In this document: positions 20,799-30,063 of the stretch, piece after piece | How the letters are laid out: each line of letters starts with the position of its first letter | Numbering within the stretch: position 1 is the first letter of the stretch | From: Promethearchaeota archaeon | GTDB lineage: Archaea; Asgardarchaeota; Lokiarchaeia; Sigyniarchaeales; SOKP01 | Direction: 5' to 3' | Assembly (NCBI GenBank): GCA_019058445.1 | Contig: JAHPZA010000009.1 | Coordinates: 384,001 to 448,000 of the forward strand | DNA: 64,000 bases | Made by a program: the position numbers and the translations under genes | Notes under the pieces: model-generated | The model's database searches: none | What the model saw: only the letters and a program-made list of their open reading frames with translations | Told to the model about the DNA's origin: nothing

Positions 20799-21542
20799 AT
20801 TAGTATTGATTGGACAAAAGCAGAGGAGGCCCCACAAAAAGCTCAAAAGGTTGAAGGAAAAGTCTTACTAGATTTGAGATCAAAGATTTCAAATTTAGAA
20901 AAAGAAGTAAATGAGAGTAAATCAAAATTAGACAAGACAAAAAGCGAATTAGATACGACTAAAGAAAATTTAACGAATACAGAAAAAAGCCTAAAAGAGA
21001 CAAATGAAAAACTATCTTCAACAGAAAAAGAAAGAAGTGATTTAAATGAAGAACTAAATAAACTCAAATCAGAGAAATCGGATGTGGATGGTAAATTAAG
21101 TGACACAGAGAAAAAGGTTTCAGAATTGGAGAGTAAAGTTGGTGAATTAGAACAAAAAATTGCTGAAAAAGACAAAGAAATTGAAAGTATTAAATCTGAA
21201 CTTTCCACTAAAGATAGTGAAATTGGAAAGATTAAAAGTGATTTAGAAAAAGAAATGGAGACTATCAAGTCTGACCTTTCCAGTAAAGACAGTGAAATTG
21301 GAAAGGTTAAAGGCGATTTAGAGCAAAAAGTCTCAGATAAAGATACGGAGATTGCTAGTCTTAAAAATGATCTTGAGGTAAAAGTAAATCAAATAAATGA
21401 ACTGAACGATAAAATTAGCTCATTTGAAGCACAGACTTCTGATGCTGAGGGTGCTCCAAATATTATTGAGCAAATTAAGGAAATAATGAAAACTAAAGGG
21501 TTTCTCTCTGACAGAGAATTTGAAGGGATGTTATCCCAATGA
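20799..21542 (+). CDS. Long coiled-coil protein; probable ATT start
   Basis: AGGTGA SD then ATT at 20799: (M)SIDWTKAEEAPQKAQKVEGKVLLDLRSKI...; heptad-rich E/K/L sequence. Confidence 0.8.
   Translation: MSIDWTKAEEAPQKAQKVEGKVLLDLRSKISNLEKEVNESKSKLDKTKSELDTTKENLTNTEKSLKETNEKLSSTEKERSDLNEELNKLKSEKSDVDGKLSDTEKKVSELESKVGELEQKIAEKDKEIESIKSELSTKDSEIGKIKSDLEKEMETIKSDLSSKDSEIGKVKGDLEQKVSDKDTEIASLKNDLEVKVNQINELNDKISSFEAQTSDAEGAPNIIEQIKEIMKTKGFLSDREFEGMLSQ
21186..21330 (+). repeat. 75-bp (25-aa) tandem duplication within the coiled-coil gene
   Basis: IKSELSTKDSEIGKIKSDLE / IKSDLSSKDSEIGKVKGDLE. Confidence 0.8.
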
Positions 21543-21702
21543 TTTAATATTTGATCATCGGAATTAAGAAGTTTTCTTGAATAAGAATTCAATTCCTCAC
21601 AGAATTTTTTGTTTTTCTATTATTTTTTTTTAATTAATGGTTGAACCAGGAGTTGAGATAATATGTTAGATAACGATATACTAATCAAATAACAAATTAT
21701 GA

Positions 21703-21724
21703 TCGTGAAACAATGATTTCACGA
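21703..21724. promoter_or_regulatory. Perfect 8-6-8 inverted repeat, candidate operator
   Basis: TCGTGAAA-CAATGA-TTTCACGA about 100 bp upstream of the LLM oxidoreductase start. Confidence 0.4.
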
Positions 21725-21822
21725 AAAAGTAGGGAAAAAGGATATACTTCTTAAAATATTGAGAGTATATATTTACTTAAATTAATTTCTTTCAATAATT
21801 TTATTTTAGTTAAGTTGATTAT

Positions 21823-22768
21823 ATGAAAGTGGGTTTACATATTGGTAAATTCGATTGGGGTAAAGATGCTGCGGAAATTAATAATAAGTTAATTGAAATT
21901 ATTCAGACTGCCGAGAAAAATAATTTTTTTAGTTTATGGGTAATGGATCATTTATTCCAGTTAGGTACTTAATATGGGACTATTCATGGTCCAATTAATG
22001 CTCCAATGTTAGAAGGTTATAGTACTATTGCATACTTAGCTGCTTTAAGCAATAAAATAAAACTTGGTGTACAAGTTACATGTAATTTTTTTAGAAATCC
22101 TGGTTTGTTAATAAAGATGATCTCAACTATAGATGTTCTTTCTGGCGGTAGAACATATTTTGGAATAGGAGCAGGGTGGTTTAGACAAGAAGCGAGAGGT
22201 TTAGGCATTCAATTTCCCTCATTAAATGAGCGTTTTGATCGTTTAGAAGAAACATTAGCAATTGCAAAACACATATGGAAAGGAGAAAGAAAACCTTACA
22301 ATGGAAAATACTATAAACTTAAAAAACCTATTAATAGTCCTCAACCCATAAGTAAACCTCACCCTCCAATTCTTATAGGAGGATCAGGTGAAAAAAACAT
22401 TAAGATTAGTAGCGAAATATGGAGACGCATGTAACATAGTGATCGGAACATCACTTAAAGAAGCAGGAGTTTTATATCAAGAAGATATTAATTGGCAGCA
22501 GAGGATTAAATATACAGAAAAGAAATTAGCAGTTTTAAAGAAACATTGCGAAGATCTTGAAAGACCTTATAATGAAATAGAAAAAACAATAACAACATAT
22601 ATTAAAATATCACCAGATGCTATGGATGCTGAAGAAGTTATAAAGATATGTCAAATCTTGGCTAATATTGGAATTCAGCATATTATTTTTAATATGCCTA
22701 ATATTCATGAAATAGAACCACTAGAAATAATGGGTAAAAAGGTGATTCCTGAAGTTGAGAAATTCTAG
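21823..22768 (+). pseudogene. LLM-class (F420-dependent luciferase-like) oxidoreductase, disrupted
   Basis: ATG 21823 MKVGLHIG...SLWVMDHLFQLGT*(TAA 21970)YG...MLEGYST...GIGAGW...PPILIGGSGEK, then a frameshift in the A-run near 22392 into KTLRLVAKYGDACN; joins ORFs 22006 and 22388. Confidence 0.85.
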
Positions 22769-22955
22769 CATACTTAGAGAAAGTTGAAATTCCTTCCATA
22801 AATGATCATGAATATGGGTTAATTAAGATGAAAATATTTATCATATCAGCTTCATTATTCTTTTATTATTTTATAAGAAATAATTATCCATAGGAAAATC
22901 CTTTCCGATATTTTTACAATGCTCTTAAGTTTTATATTTTATTAGTAGTAATTTC

Positions 22956-22973
22956 ATATGAATCATTTCATAT
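22956..22973. promoter_or_regulatory. Inverted repeat operator candidate (ArsR/SmtB-like half-sites) upstream of heavy-metal ATPase
   Basis: ATATGAA-TCAT-TTCATAT, about 20 nt downstream of TATA-like TTTATAT. Confidence 0.5.
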
Positions 22974-23024
22974 TTATCAATTAGAGGATCATAAGATTTA
23001 TTTAGGTGATAAAAAATAAGTATT

Positions 23025-25175
23025 GTGGAATGTTCAAGTCCTTACTGTGAAATTGATGAGGAAGAAGAAGAGGAATCCTTTTTTGAAGAACATTTCTGGT
23101 ATTTTATAATTCCATCTGCAATAATCTTAGGAATCGCTATTTTTTTAGAATTTTTTTATGAAATGGTTTTATTAGGGCAAATTTTTGCGATTTCATCGAT
23201 TTTTCTTTCTAGTTATGGTGTTGTGACAGAAGCTATTGAAGACATTAAACATAAAAGGATAACAGCAAATATTTTAATGATAATAGCCGCTGTAGCTTCG
23301 TTTTTCATATTTCACGGACAAGAGGGAGCAACTGCGATATTACTTTATGCCATAGCTGAAAGATTGGAAGAAATAACAAATGATAAGTCAAGGAACGCGA
23401 TTAAGGAACTACTTGAATTAGCCCCCGATGATGCCTTATTAAAAATTGATAATGGTTATAAAAATGTTCCAGCAAAGGAGGTTCAAATAGGAAAAATAAT
23501 AGGAATAAAGCCGGGAATGAAAGTACCATTAGATGGGGTAATTATGAAAGGGAGCTCTTATTTTGATGAAAGCGCTATAACTGGTGAGAGTGTTCCGGTC
23601 TTTAAGAACGAGGGCGATGAGATTTTTGCGGCCAGCTTAAATTCTGACAGTTTTGTGGATATAGAAGTCACAAGAGAGAGTTCAAATACCATTGTAGCTC
23701 AAATTGCAGAAAGTGTCAAACAAGCGCAATTAAACAAAAGCAAACATGAAAGATTTATAGAAAAATTCGCACGATACTATACCCCAATCATCATATTGGC
23801 AGCATTGATGGTAATGATTATCCCACCTCTAGTCTGGGGTTTGGACTTTAATGATTGGTTTTATAGGGGATTGATATTGTTGGTAGTTTCATGCCCCTGT
23901 GCTTTAACATTATCTACTCCACTTGCAAATATCGCATCCTTAACAAAACAAGCTAGAGAAGGAATTTTAGTTAAAGGAAATAGATTTATTGAAGAAGTGA
24001 ATGATATAGAGGTATTTGCATTCGATAAAACGGGTACACTAACAGAAGGAAAATTAAAAATTTTTGAAATTTTTGCTTATAATGGGATTGACAGAGAGGA
24101 AGTAATTAGTATCGCTGCCAGTTTAGAAGCACTTTCAGAACATCCAATTGGTAAAGCAATTGTTAATGAAGCTAAAAACAAGGAATTAGCATTTCAATCT
24201 GTAGATAGTTTTGAAGTGATAAAGGGAAAGGGGATAAGAGGACAAATTAACGGGGAATCTTTTTATGTTGGAAGCAAAAGCTATATCGAAGAATTAAATT
24301 ACCAGCTACCTTTAAAAGATTTAGAGGATATAGAGAGTTCTGGAACTATCCCTATTTTGTTAGGTAATAACCAGAAATTATTAGGAATCATCTCAATTAG
24401 AGATGTTTTAAGAGTCACAGCTCCAATTCTAATAAATGGACTCAGAGAAAGAGGTTACGAGACGGTTTTAATATCTGGTGATAATCAGGCAGTATGTGAT
24501 TCGATTGGAGCATGCTTAGACATAGATCACGCTTACGGAGAGCAATTACCTGACCAAAAACTCGAAGAAATAAAAGATTTAAAGAAAAAATATAAGGGAG
24601 TAGCCATGGTTGGAGATGGAATAAACGATGCTCCAGCTCTTGCTTTAGCAGATTTAGGTATTGCGATTGGAGCCTCAGCAACAGATATTACATTAGAAAC
24701 TGCAGATGTTATTATTATTAATGATGATTTGAAAAAAATCTTAACTTATATTGACATTTCCAAAAAAACAAACCAAAAAATAAAACAGAATATTTGGACC
24801 TCAATAATTGTTAAAGTGTCTTTTGCAGTTTTAACAGTTATCGGTTTAATGACATTATGGCTTGCTGTAGGTATTGGAGATATGGGCGTATCTTTGCTCG
24901 TTTTGCTTAATGGGATGACAATTTTTAGATACAAATTTAAATATAAAGAAATTTCGTCTGAAGAACTGGAAACTGAGGCAAAAATACTAGTATGCGAACA
25001 TTGTAAAACTGAAAAAATTATTCCGCAGCATCATGGAAGAGATATGCTTCTTTCTAAAGATAACGACAAGTTAATTTGCTGGAGAAAGATGTTAGATAGC
25101 GAAGGTCTTGAGCCTTGTGAAGAAGAACTGCCACTTTTCTGCCCTAAATGTGAAAATTTATTAGAAGTTAAATAA
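23025..25175 (+). CDS. P1B-2 type Zn/Cd/Pb-translocating P-type ATPase with C-terminal Cys/His domain (start possibly ATA at 23016)
   Basis: TGES, CPC, DKTGTLT, SEHP, GDGINDAP; Lys in TM7 and DMG in TM8. Confidence 0.93.
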   Translation: MECSSPYCEIDEEEEEESFFEEHFWYFIIPSAIILGIAIFLEFFYEMVLLGQIFAISSIFLSSYGVVTEAIEDIKHKRITANILMIIAAVASFFIFHGQEGATAILLYAIAERLEEITNDKSRNAIKELLELAPDDALLKIDNGYKNVPAKEVQIGKIIGIKPGMKVPLDGVIMKGSSYFDESAITGESVPVFKNEGDEIFAASLNSDSFVDIEVTRESSNTIVAQIAESVKQAQLNKSKHERFIEKFARYYTPIIILAALMVMIIPPLVWGLDFNDWFYRGLILLVVSCPCALTLSTPLANIASLTKQAREGILVKGNRFIEEVNDIEVFAFDKTGTLTEGKLKIFEIFAYNGIDREEVISIAASLEALSEHPIGKAIVNEAKNKELAFQSVDSFEVIKGKGIRGQINGESFYVGSKSYIEELNYQLPLKDLEDIESSGTIPILLGNNQKLLGIISIRDVLRVTAPILINGLRERGYETVLISGDNQAVCDSIGACLDIDHAYGEQLPDQKLEEIKDLKKKYKGVAMVGDGINDAPALALADLGIAIGASATDITLETADVIIINDDLKKILTYIDISKKTNQKIKQNIWTSIIVKVSFAVLTVIGLMTLWLAVGIGDMGVSLLVLLNGMTIFRYKFKYKEISSEELETEAKILVCEHCKTEKIIPQHHGRDMLLSKDNDKLICWRKMLDSEGLEPCEEELPLFCPKCENLLEVK
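24996..25175 (+). repeat. 180-bp direct repeat, copy 1 (3' end of ATPase gene)
   Basis: Identical by eye to 25935-26114 (offset 939). Confidence 0.95.
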
Positions 25176-25323
25176 AAAATCTAAATTTTCCAAATAATCC
25201 TTAAATAATATTCGATTTTTAACTCATCTATATTTTCAAATCTCGACTTGAATATTGGTAGAAATGTATTAAAAAAAAAAGAATTTTGAAGGTTTTTATT
25301 AATAATTAACCTTTTTTTAAATA

Positions 25324-25581
25324 CTACTTCCCTTTTTTAATCATTATTGCTCCAATAATTATTAGGATAATTCCTATAATGAGCATTGCAACACCCATTC
25401 CAGAATACATCGCACCGACATTGCCAGAATAACCATATGCTGCGGCTTCTGATTCAGCAGAACTAATCACTGAGCCTGCCCATATGTAATAAATCCCCGC
25501 GGGTAGTAATATTATACCTGCAACAAGTAAAATAATCCCTATAATAAATAATGCTAGATTTTTTGCTGCCATAGTAAACAC
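25324..25581 (-). CDS. Small two-TM membrane protein
   Basis: Two Gly/Ile-rich hydrophobic helices. Confidence 0.75.
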   Translation of the reverse strand: MFTMAAKNLALFIIGIILLVAGIILLPAGIYYIWAGSVISSAESEAAAYGYSGNVGAMYSGMGVAMLIIGIILIIIGAIMIKKGK

Positions 25582-25934
25582 CCTTGTTTTTTAAAAGATT
25601 TTAAAAAATGTGACTCTAGAATAATTTACAATCATTAATATTTAAAGCTTATCTAAAATAGAAGTGGTTATTGATTATCAAATATAATTAATCTCATAAA
25701 ACTACGGTGAATTTTAATTTCTATAAATGGAAATCTAATTCTCTTATAAAATTATATGAATCCATGCTAAATTATCTTGATTGTATCATAAAAATACGTT
25801 CTATCATTATTTCATTTTAAAAAGTTTCTCTTTCTTATGGAATTCGACCAACACGTTGTAGTTATACGAATTCCTTGCAATATGTAGTATTTTCATGGAT
25901 AATACTATAATATCAAGTAAAAATATTAGTATTT

Positions 25935-26114
25935 GAACATTGTAAAACTGAAAAAATTATTCCGCAGCATCATGGAAGAGATATGCTTCTTTCTAAAGAT
26001 AACGACAAGTTAATTTGCTGGAGAAAGATGTTAGATAGCGAAGGTCTTGAGCCTTGTGAAGAAGAACTGCCACTTTTCTGCCCTAAATGTGAAAATTTAT
26101 TAGAAGTTAAATAA
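25935..26114 (+). repeat. 180-bp direct repeat, copy 2 (orphan ATPase C-terminal fragment)
   Basis: GAACATTGTAAAACTG...GAAGTTAAATAA; preceding ~15 bp diverged (TGC to TTT). Confidence 0.95.
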
Positions 26115-26313
26115 TTGAAAAAAAATTGATAATTTGACCTCATTTATTTTTATTTACGTCTTATTTTTTACAACCGAGAAAAATAAAAATTAAATAAAGA
26201 ATAGACAACCTTACGTAATTTTACATTATTAGGAATCTATAGAGAACATTTTAAATCTAGGGTAATTTATCTTGCATACTGAATAATCTTAATTCAGTCG
26301 CATTTTTATTTAC

Positions 26314-26398
26314 GCGGGAATTGCCAAGTTTGGTCAAAGGCGCTGGACTCAGAATCCAGTCACGAAGGTGTTCGGGAGTTCAAATCTCCCTTCCCGCA
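26314..26398 (+). tRNA. tRNA-Leu (CAG)
   Basis: GCGGGAA/TTCCCGC acceptor, CTGGA-CTCAGAA-TCCAG anticodon arm, long variable arm, GGGAG-TTCAAAT-CTCCC T arm, discriminator A, CCA not encoded. Confidence 0.96.
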
Positions 26399-26518
26399 CT
26401 TGTTTTATTTCAATTCTGGAAAGTTTACTTCGATATTTTCTAGTTCAATGGAAATACAAACTATAATAAATGAAGATGAAAATCTAATTATTAGCTCTTC
26501 AAAAAAAAGGTATTTATT

Positions 26519-26884
26519 ATGTCATATGAACAAAAACCATCTGAATTTGAGGAAGAAGCATCTACAAAGTCTAAATCTTTTAACTTTCGAGTATTCAAAC
26601 TAAATGTAGAATCGGAAGAATTTGAAGAACTAATGCTAAATAATGAAGATAAAGTCGTAAATTTACTCGATCATGATGAGATTTTACTATTTGTAGATAA
26701 AATGAATTTTCGTGTATGGATATGGGAAGGTGGGAAAACTTTACCAAGAATGAAATTCATGTCAGCAGAAGCAGCCCATAAAATTAGAGATCAGTATGCT
26801 TTTGATTATAATATTACTACTATAGATGACGGAGATGAACCTATAGAATTTAAAATGATTATAGGATTGGATTTAGAAACATAA
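26519..26884 (+). CDS. Single-domain gelsolin-like protein
   Basis: LDHDEILLFVD...RVWIWEG...MKFMSAEAAHKIRD...IDDGDEPIEFK gelsolin-repeat pattern. Confidence 0.8.
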   Translation: MSYEQKPSEFEEEASTKSKSFNFRVFKLNVESEEFEELMLNNEDKVVNLLDHDEILLFVDKMNFRVWIWEGGKTLPRMKFMSAEAAHKIRDQYAFDYNITTIDDGDEPIEFKMIIGLDLET

Positions 26885-27060
26885 TGAGAAATAGATGTTG
26901 AAGCATAATAGATTTAGTTAAGTTCTAGGGTAAATTTACATTTAATTATTAAATCCATTAGATTATGTTAAAATTACTAATCTATTTTCTATAGAAACAA
27001 TAATAAATAATTAAAATATTAAAATTATTATATTATTGAAAACTAAGAGTTAAGGATAGT

Positions 27061-27792
27061 ATGTCCAACGAGGAAAAACTACCTACTGATTTAAGCAAAC
27101 GGTTGAAAAAAGTTCAACTGCCTGAATTTGAAGAAGAAAAGTTAAGAATCTTTCAGTTTAATGATCAATTAGCAGAATATGAAGAATTAGACGTTGATGA
27201 GGGGGTTCCATTATATGAATTATTAGATCCTGATTTTATATTGTTGTTTGTAGATCCGGAACACTATAGAGTATGGATCTGGCACGGGGCAAACACTACA
27301 ACAAGAATGAAATTTATCGCAGCTAAAATTGCACCAAAAATAAGAGATCGATATGGAATAGCATATAAAATAACTGCCGTTGATGAAGGGCAAGAAACTA
27401 AGGCCTTTAAGATAACTTCAGGTATAGAAAAGGAAATAGATTACGAGAAAGAACAGACAGGGCCTGCTTATGAGGGTACAGCAGCAGATGATGAATTGAT
27501 TAAGGAACTATCACGTGAAAAAATCGTATTATTGTTAGAAAAAGCTGGAATTCCAGAGGGTTACCAGAGAAAAATGGTCATTGTAAAAAATAAAATATAT
27601 GGCTATAAGGAATATGACCAAAATTATATGGGTTCAGTGATTAAAGAAAAAAAATTATTTCCTTTAAAAGAACAAGTTCCTGATGGCCCTTATTTAGCAG
27701 AGAATTATGTACCAAGGATCTTATTCTCATTTAATAATGTAGTCATTACAGAACTTCTACAAAGAACTGAAACTGAAGATAGCAATAATTAA
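27061..27792 (+). CDS. Gelsolin-domain protein with C-terminal extension (1DGelX-like)
   Basis: LDPDFILLFVD...RVWIWHG...MKFIAAKIAPKIRD...VDEGQETKAFK plus ~110-aa C-terminal domain. Confidence 0.82.
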   Translation: MSNEEKLPTDLSKRLKKVQLPEFEEEKLRIFQFNDQLAEYEELDVDEGVPLYELLDPDFILLFVDPEHYRVWIWHGANTTTRMKFIAAKIAPKIRDRYGIAYKITAVDEGQETKAFKITSGIEKEIDYEKEQTGPAYEGTAADDELIKELSREKIVLLLEKAGIPEGYQRKMVIVKNKIYGYKEYDQNYMGSVIKEKKLFPLKEQVPDGPYLAENYVPRILFSFNNVVITELLQRTETEDSNN

Positions 27793-27823
27793 ATAAAGGC
27801 ATACCTTTTATTGGAGAAAAATT

Positions 27824-27970
27824 ATGAGTCATGTAAGGCGAAAACCAGCAAAAAGACCTATAAGAACGATTAAAAAGAAGCGTAAAAGAAACTGGACATC
27901 AATATTAATTTTAGTATTAATGCTATTTAGTGGTATTATAGGTATAGTATTTGTTGTTACTTTTACATGA
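27824..27970 (+). CDS. Small basic tail-anchored membrane protein (48 aa)
   Basis: GGAG SD; MSHVRRKPAKRPIRTIKKKRKRNWTSILILVLMLFSGIIGIVFVVTFT; not in ORF track. Confidence 0.7.
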   Translation: MSHVRRKPAKRPIRTIKKKRKRNWTSILILVLMLFSGIIGIVFVVTFT

Positions 27971-28044
27971 AAAATCCAAGTAAATAACTTAAAAACATCT
28001 CAATCTTTTAAGTATTTAATAAATTTTATCCATATATTTAAACC

Positions 28045-28737
28045 TTGAAGTTAAAAAAAGCAGATATAATTTTAATTGTTTTGTTAATGATTCTTACTTT
28101 TATTTCAATAGATCTATTCTTAAATAGGAGTCATCAAGAGGCAATTGAAAATATATCAAAATATGAACCATTCCAGAATTTAATGACGGGGCTTTTAATA
28201 ACATTTTGGGTGTGTGTAATTGGAAACCTATTGCCAATACCAACTCCTTACACTTGGGTTGTGTGCTACAGCTCATCACCGTTTTTAGCATTACATCCGT
28301 TATTTCCGTTGTTGGTTGGATTTATTGCAAGTGTCGGTTGTCTTGTTGGAGAAATGGGAGGTTATGTTATTGGAAGAAGTGCCGCAGAAGTGGTTTCAGA
28401 AGAACGAACGAGGGATTTTAAAAAGATGCATGAACTTCTAGTAAATCACCCGAAACTCACTCCATTCCTTATTTTTTTATTTGGTCTTACGCCTCTCAAT
28501 GATGATCTCATTATCGTTCCTCTTGGCTTAATGAAATATGATTTTAAGAAAACGCTCCTGTTTTGTTGGTTAGGAAAATTCAGCTTAATGCTTATATTCG
28601 CTTATAACTTACTCAATATTTGTAATTTAATTGGAGGAGAAAATTGGATAATAAGTATAATAAGCTTGTATATTCTTATTTTTTTAATTTATCTCTTTAT
28701 AAGAGTTGATTTCCTAAAAATAATATTCAAGGAGTAA
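28045..28737 (+). CDS. DedA/VTT (SNARE-associated) membrane protein
   Basis: LLPIPTP, GEMGGYVIGR, TPLNDD, GLMKYDFKK...GK. Confidence 0.85.
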   Translation: MKLKKADIILIVLLMILTFISIDLFLNRSHQEAIENISKYEPFQNLMTGLLITFWVCVIGNLLPIPTPYTWVVCYSSSPFLALHPLFPLLVGFIASVGCLVGEMGGYVIGRSAAEVVSEERTRDFKKMHELLVNHPKLTPFLIFLFGLTPLNDDLIIVPLGLMKYDFKKTLLFCWLGKFSLMLIFAYNLLNICNLIGGENWIISIISLYILIFLIYLFIRVDFLKIIFKE

Positions 28738-28793
28738 GAATTAACAGAATAGGTTAAAAATTAGATAATTATGAATAAATTAAAAATGAAGTA

Positions 28794-29021
28794 TTAAATA
28801 CTTTCTTTTGAATATTTTTCAATTATATAATTCTGAAGTGAAAACGCATATTTTTCAAGGTTTAGAATTAAAATTTTTTGTTGAACTTCCCTAAGATACG
28901 ATACATCTAAGGATTCAAATAAATTTTTTAAATTGTCGATTGAATTAAAAACCTCTACTATTATCTTCCAATCTTTTGCCCATTCTACATCATGATGCTC
29001 TTTACGTCCTATTTCCTCTAT
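28794..29021 (-). CDS. Small helical hypothetical protein (75 aa), probable ATA start
   Basis: GAGGT SD 7 nt before ATA; (M)EEIGRKEHHDVEWAKDWKIIVEVFNSIDNLKNLFESLDVSYLREVQQKILILNLEKYAFSLQNYIIEKYSKESI; no ATG/GTG/TTG in frame, so absent from ORF track. Confidence 0.65.
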   Translation of the reverse strand: MEEIGRKEHHDVEWAKDWKIIVEVFNSIDNLKNLFESLDVSYLREVQQKILILNLEKYAFSLQNYIIEKYSKESI

Positions 29022-29183
29022 TTTTAAAACCTCTTTTTTAAAATTGATATTTTAAAATGATATATATTCTCTGATTTATCCCATAGTAACTTACCTTAAA
29101 AAATGTTTAGATAGTGAAGAATAAGTGATAATATAAAGCAACTAAGTTATTAAAACAAAAAAAAGAATAAAAAAAATACTAAT

Positions 29184-29768
29184 TTAATTTTGTATATGTA
29201 TAACAGTGGTATTTGATGCATTCTCCATGATTCGTAGTTTCTTCTTTTGATCCCCAGAATTCACGATTATGCCAATTATAAAATCAATAAGGAGTAAACC
29301 AGGATTGGCTTTAAAGAGATTATTTAGTAAATAATCTCCAGTAGCAGCTACCTCTAAAGAGTCTTGATTTACAGTCCTTATTTTCATAGCCATTTTACCA
29401 ACAGTTTGGCCGTTATTGCTAGTTTCTAAAATCCAGAAATAGAGAAGAGCTATCGCATAACCAATTATAAATGCTACAGCCACGTGTACTGTAGCAAATA
29501 AAATTCCATAAGCTATCCCAACTATAACAGCATCAATTATGAATGCAATAAATCTTTCACCAAAATCAGCATATTTTACACCTGCGGGGGCAGGTTTTGA
29601 TTTCTTTTCTTTTTCTGCTACTTGCTGTTTAGGGAGTGCCAGTTCAGTTTTTGGAGGTTCAGCTTCAGCTTCGGGTACCCTCTCTCTCAAATCCGCACCA
29701 CATGAGCTACAAAATTGAGTGTCAGTATCTAATTCAGAACCACAAGCAGGACAATATTTAACAACCAT
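29184..29768 (-). CDS. RDD-family membrane protein with N-terminal zinc ribbon
   Basis: CPACG...FCSSCG; RFIAFIID; GQTVGKMAMKIR. Confidence 0.9.
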   Translation of the reverse strand: MVVKYCPACGSELDTDTQFCSSCGADLRERVPEAEAEPPKTELALPKQQVAEKEKKSKPAPAGVKYADFGERFIAFIIDAVIVGIAYGILFATVHVAVAFIIGYAIALLYFWILETSNNGQTVGKMAMKIRTVNQDSLEVAATGDYLLNNLFKANPGLLLIDFIIGIIVNSGDQKKKLRIMENASNTTVIHIQN

Positions 29769-30063
29769 TACTTAAACCTTTCAATTATTTTTTTTAAATT
29801 TATATTATGACGATAATTATATAATATCTTTTTTATAGTTAAATTTTTTATAGTCCAATTCCTATTCTATTATAATTATGAAAATTATGAAAATAATTCC
29901 TATTGGTATTATCATTACTAGTATTATTATTGGAATTATTATATAATTTCATAAAAGAAATGGAATTTTAAACTCTTCTTACCTTTTCTTTTATCTTTTC
30001 TAGGGGTTTAAGATTTCATCTTTGATAATATAAAATGATAAAAATCTGAAAGGAGGAAAAGCA

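Noticed and set aside
26400-26603. 67-aa ORF starting right after the tRNA
   Set aside because: Overlaps the gelsolin gene out of frame; no motif or SD.
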